Made by a program: the position numbers and the translations under genes. Shown in pieces: positions 61,744 to 63,344 of a stretch of DNA of 63,344 nucleotides; position 1 is the stretch's first letter; each line of letters begins with the position of its first letter. Where the stretch lies: IMG/VR virus record IMGVR_UViG_3300037228_000056, positions 1-63,344 of that record. One strand, written 5' to 3'. Source of the stretch: a virus (lineage: Duplodnaviria > Caudoviricetes). The notes under the pieces are model-generated. The model was not told the DNA's origin and searched no databases. It worked only from the letters and a program-made list of their open reading frames with translations.

Positions 61744-62069
61744 CGTCGTCGCCTTCCCTTGCTGGCTCCGTGGTCACCGAGTCGATGCCGAGCAGCCGCC
61801 GGAACGGGGGCATCCGGACCAGCTCCATGTCGCCGCGCGGGTGGCAGGAGTAGCCCATCGCCACGGCGATGGCGTCGGCTATCCACGGGATGAACCGGTC
61901 AGCGTCGGCCACCGAGACCTGAAGGCTGTAGCGGCTGTCCAGCGTGAGGTAGATCTTGCCGCCGTTGGCCGGCTCGGCTTCGAGGAACGGCACCATCCGC
62001 CCGCCGACGACGACGCGCGAGGACTGGAACGGGCCGACGATCTCGTAGGTGCTCCCGGCGGGCTCGATG

Positions 62070-62258
62070 TCAGTCATGGTCGCCTTCCCTTGCCGACTCA
62101 AGTTCGGCGGCAGCCAGTGCGGACTCCCGCAGCAGCCGCGCCACGGAGATACCGCGCCGCCTCGCCGCTTCCCTGATCCGCTGTTCCTCGTCTGGGTTCA
62201 CCCGGATGGCGAGCATGACCTGGCGCTGCCGGACATTGGAATGCTTGCGGTCAGCCAT
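62070..62258 (-). CDS. Ribbon-helix-helix (MobC/CopG-like) protein
   Basis: LAIRVNPDEEQRIREAARRRGISVARLLRESAL. Confidence 0.7.
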   Translation of the reverse strand: MADRKHSNVRQRQVMLAIRVNPDEEQRIREAARRRGISVARLLRESALAAAELESAREGDHD

Positions 62259-62627
62259 CCTTGACCTTCCCTCTCCCTGGTTCAGGTTCCGGGGCGGTTA
62301 CCTGAACGTCGCCGCTCCTGATCAGGTCCGCGAACCACTCGGCAGTGAAATGGTCGTCAGGTTCTGAATGGCGGACGTGGTAGATGGCCTGATACTGCTC
62401 AGCCAGCCCGGCGCACCGTTCCCGCTCCGCCTTGACGCCCTCCATGTACCAGGCTGACCGTGACTTCAGCCGGGCCGACTTCAGCACCGCCTCGGCCGCC
62501 TTGAGGACCGGGCCGGCGAACCGCTCGGCGGTCACGCCGGCCTCGCCGGACTGCTCCATCGCCTTCGCGAAGGCGTCGAGCGCGGCCGTGGCGACGGGCA
62601 GCGGCAGGTCATCAAACGTGAACCCGG

Positions 62628-63014
62628 TCATTGCCCGCTCCCTACTGCTGCCCTGTGACAGCGGGCATTGTGCCCGTCGCCGGCCAGCCGGCCGCAGTGG
62701 GGGCACTCCCCCGGCGCGGCCGGGCAGCCGCACGGAGGCAGGGAGGCGATCGCGGCGCGCATCTGCTCGCCGGCCTCCCGCCAGGTGATCGCCACCGCGC
62801 CGAGCCGGATCGCCTGCTGCCGCTTGGACTCTGTCACGTCGTAGTGCTGGCGGGGCCACGGCTTGTCCTGGAACCATCGGCGCTGCAACCCCAGGCGGCG
62901 CGCGAACTCGTGCAGCTCGGCCAGGTCGTCGTCCGGGCCGACGGTCAGGTGCGACCATGACGCGGCGAGACGGCCGACCCGGGCTTTCTGCTGCCAGTCG
63001 TCTACGGCCATCAC
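62628..63014 (-). CDS. DUF4031-like protein
   Basis: VDD...WSHL...ELHEFA..LGL.RRWFQ...HYDVT. Confidence 0.8.
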   Translation of the reverse strand: MMAVDDWQQKARVGRLAASWSHLTVGPDDDLAELHEFARRLGLQRRWFQDKPWPRQHYDVTESKRQQAIRLGAVAITWREAGEQMRAAIASLPPCGCPAAPGECPHCGRLAGDGHNARCHRAAVGSGQ

Positions 63015-63337
63015 CGGTCACCGTCCTCAGGTGTCGTGTCCTTCCGCCCGGCCGCGAGGTCAGCCCGGTAGAGTCCTTCCAGCCGCAGCCAGGCGCGGGC
63101 CGGTATCCCGGTGCCCCGCTCCAGCGCCGCCGCCATCAGCGCCGTGACCGGCTCGCGGGCGAGCACCTTGCCGACGACCGCCTCCGCGTGCTCTCCGGAC
63201 CCGCCGGGGTCGCAGCGGGCGATCAGCTCCAGCCGGTCAACGTCGTTCTGCTCCATCCACTCGCGGAGCGTCGCCGCCGGGGCGATAGTCCAGTCGGGAT
63301 TGAAGGGCACCGGGTCAGTACCGGGTTCAGCTGCCAT
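63011..63337 (-). CDS. HigA/VapI-like HTH antitoxin
   Basis: PAATLREWM...VTALMAAALERGTGIPARAWLRLE..YR. Confidence 0.7.
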   Translation of the reverse strand: MAAEPGTDPVPFNPDWTIAPAATLREWMEQNDVDRLELIARCDPGGSGEHAEAVVGKVLAREPVTALMAAALERGTGIPARAWLRLEGLYRADLAAGRKDTTPEDGDR

Positions 63338-63344
63338 CGGGTGC

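Larger units (their letters stand above)
58128..62630 (-). other. Long operon of small early/accessory genes (includes conserved phage protein 59907-60374)
   Basis: Chain of overlapping start/stop ORFs; 59907-60374 has AERVAWRVVKDWLESQLALI. Confidence 0.6.

Noticed and set aside
1-63344. CRISPR array, rRNA, IS/transposase, reverse transcriptase/DGR, replication genes
   Set aside because: No repeat-spacer array or matching protein motifs seen by eye; replication genes may lie outside the window

Overview
High-GC actinobacterial temperate siphophage genome segment. It runs off both window ends, and no replication gene was recognised. Left (1-10 kb): small regulators plus a mycelial-actinomycete conjugation module made of a GntR/KorSA-like repressor, a TraA-like gene, an FtsK/SpoIIIE TraB-like translocase, a GATCAC-repeat clt-like locus and Spd-like membrane proteins. 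Middle (10.5-50.4 kb, + strand): terminase, portal, head, neck, tail and lysis genes, interrupted by small leaderless antisense genes. Right (50.5-63.3 kb): mostly minus-strand early/accessory genes and a Xer-like tyrosine recombinase preceded by a dif-like site. Main findings: (1) the TerL intein has no sense-strand endonuclease but carries an SD-led HTHx3 + DUF559/Vsr-like endonuclease gene on the opposite strand; (2) three short coding gaps in two virion genes, each of the form take-off codon, rare TTA codon, matching landing codon, suggest UUA-gated ribosomal bypassing; (3) a tailed phage carries TraB conjugation machinery; (4) a circularly permuted tRNA-like (YrlA/Y-RNA-like) element is present with no Ro60 gene in the window. 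All product calls come from motif recognition by eye; no searches were run.
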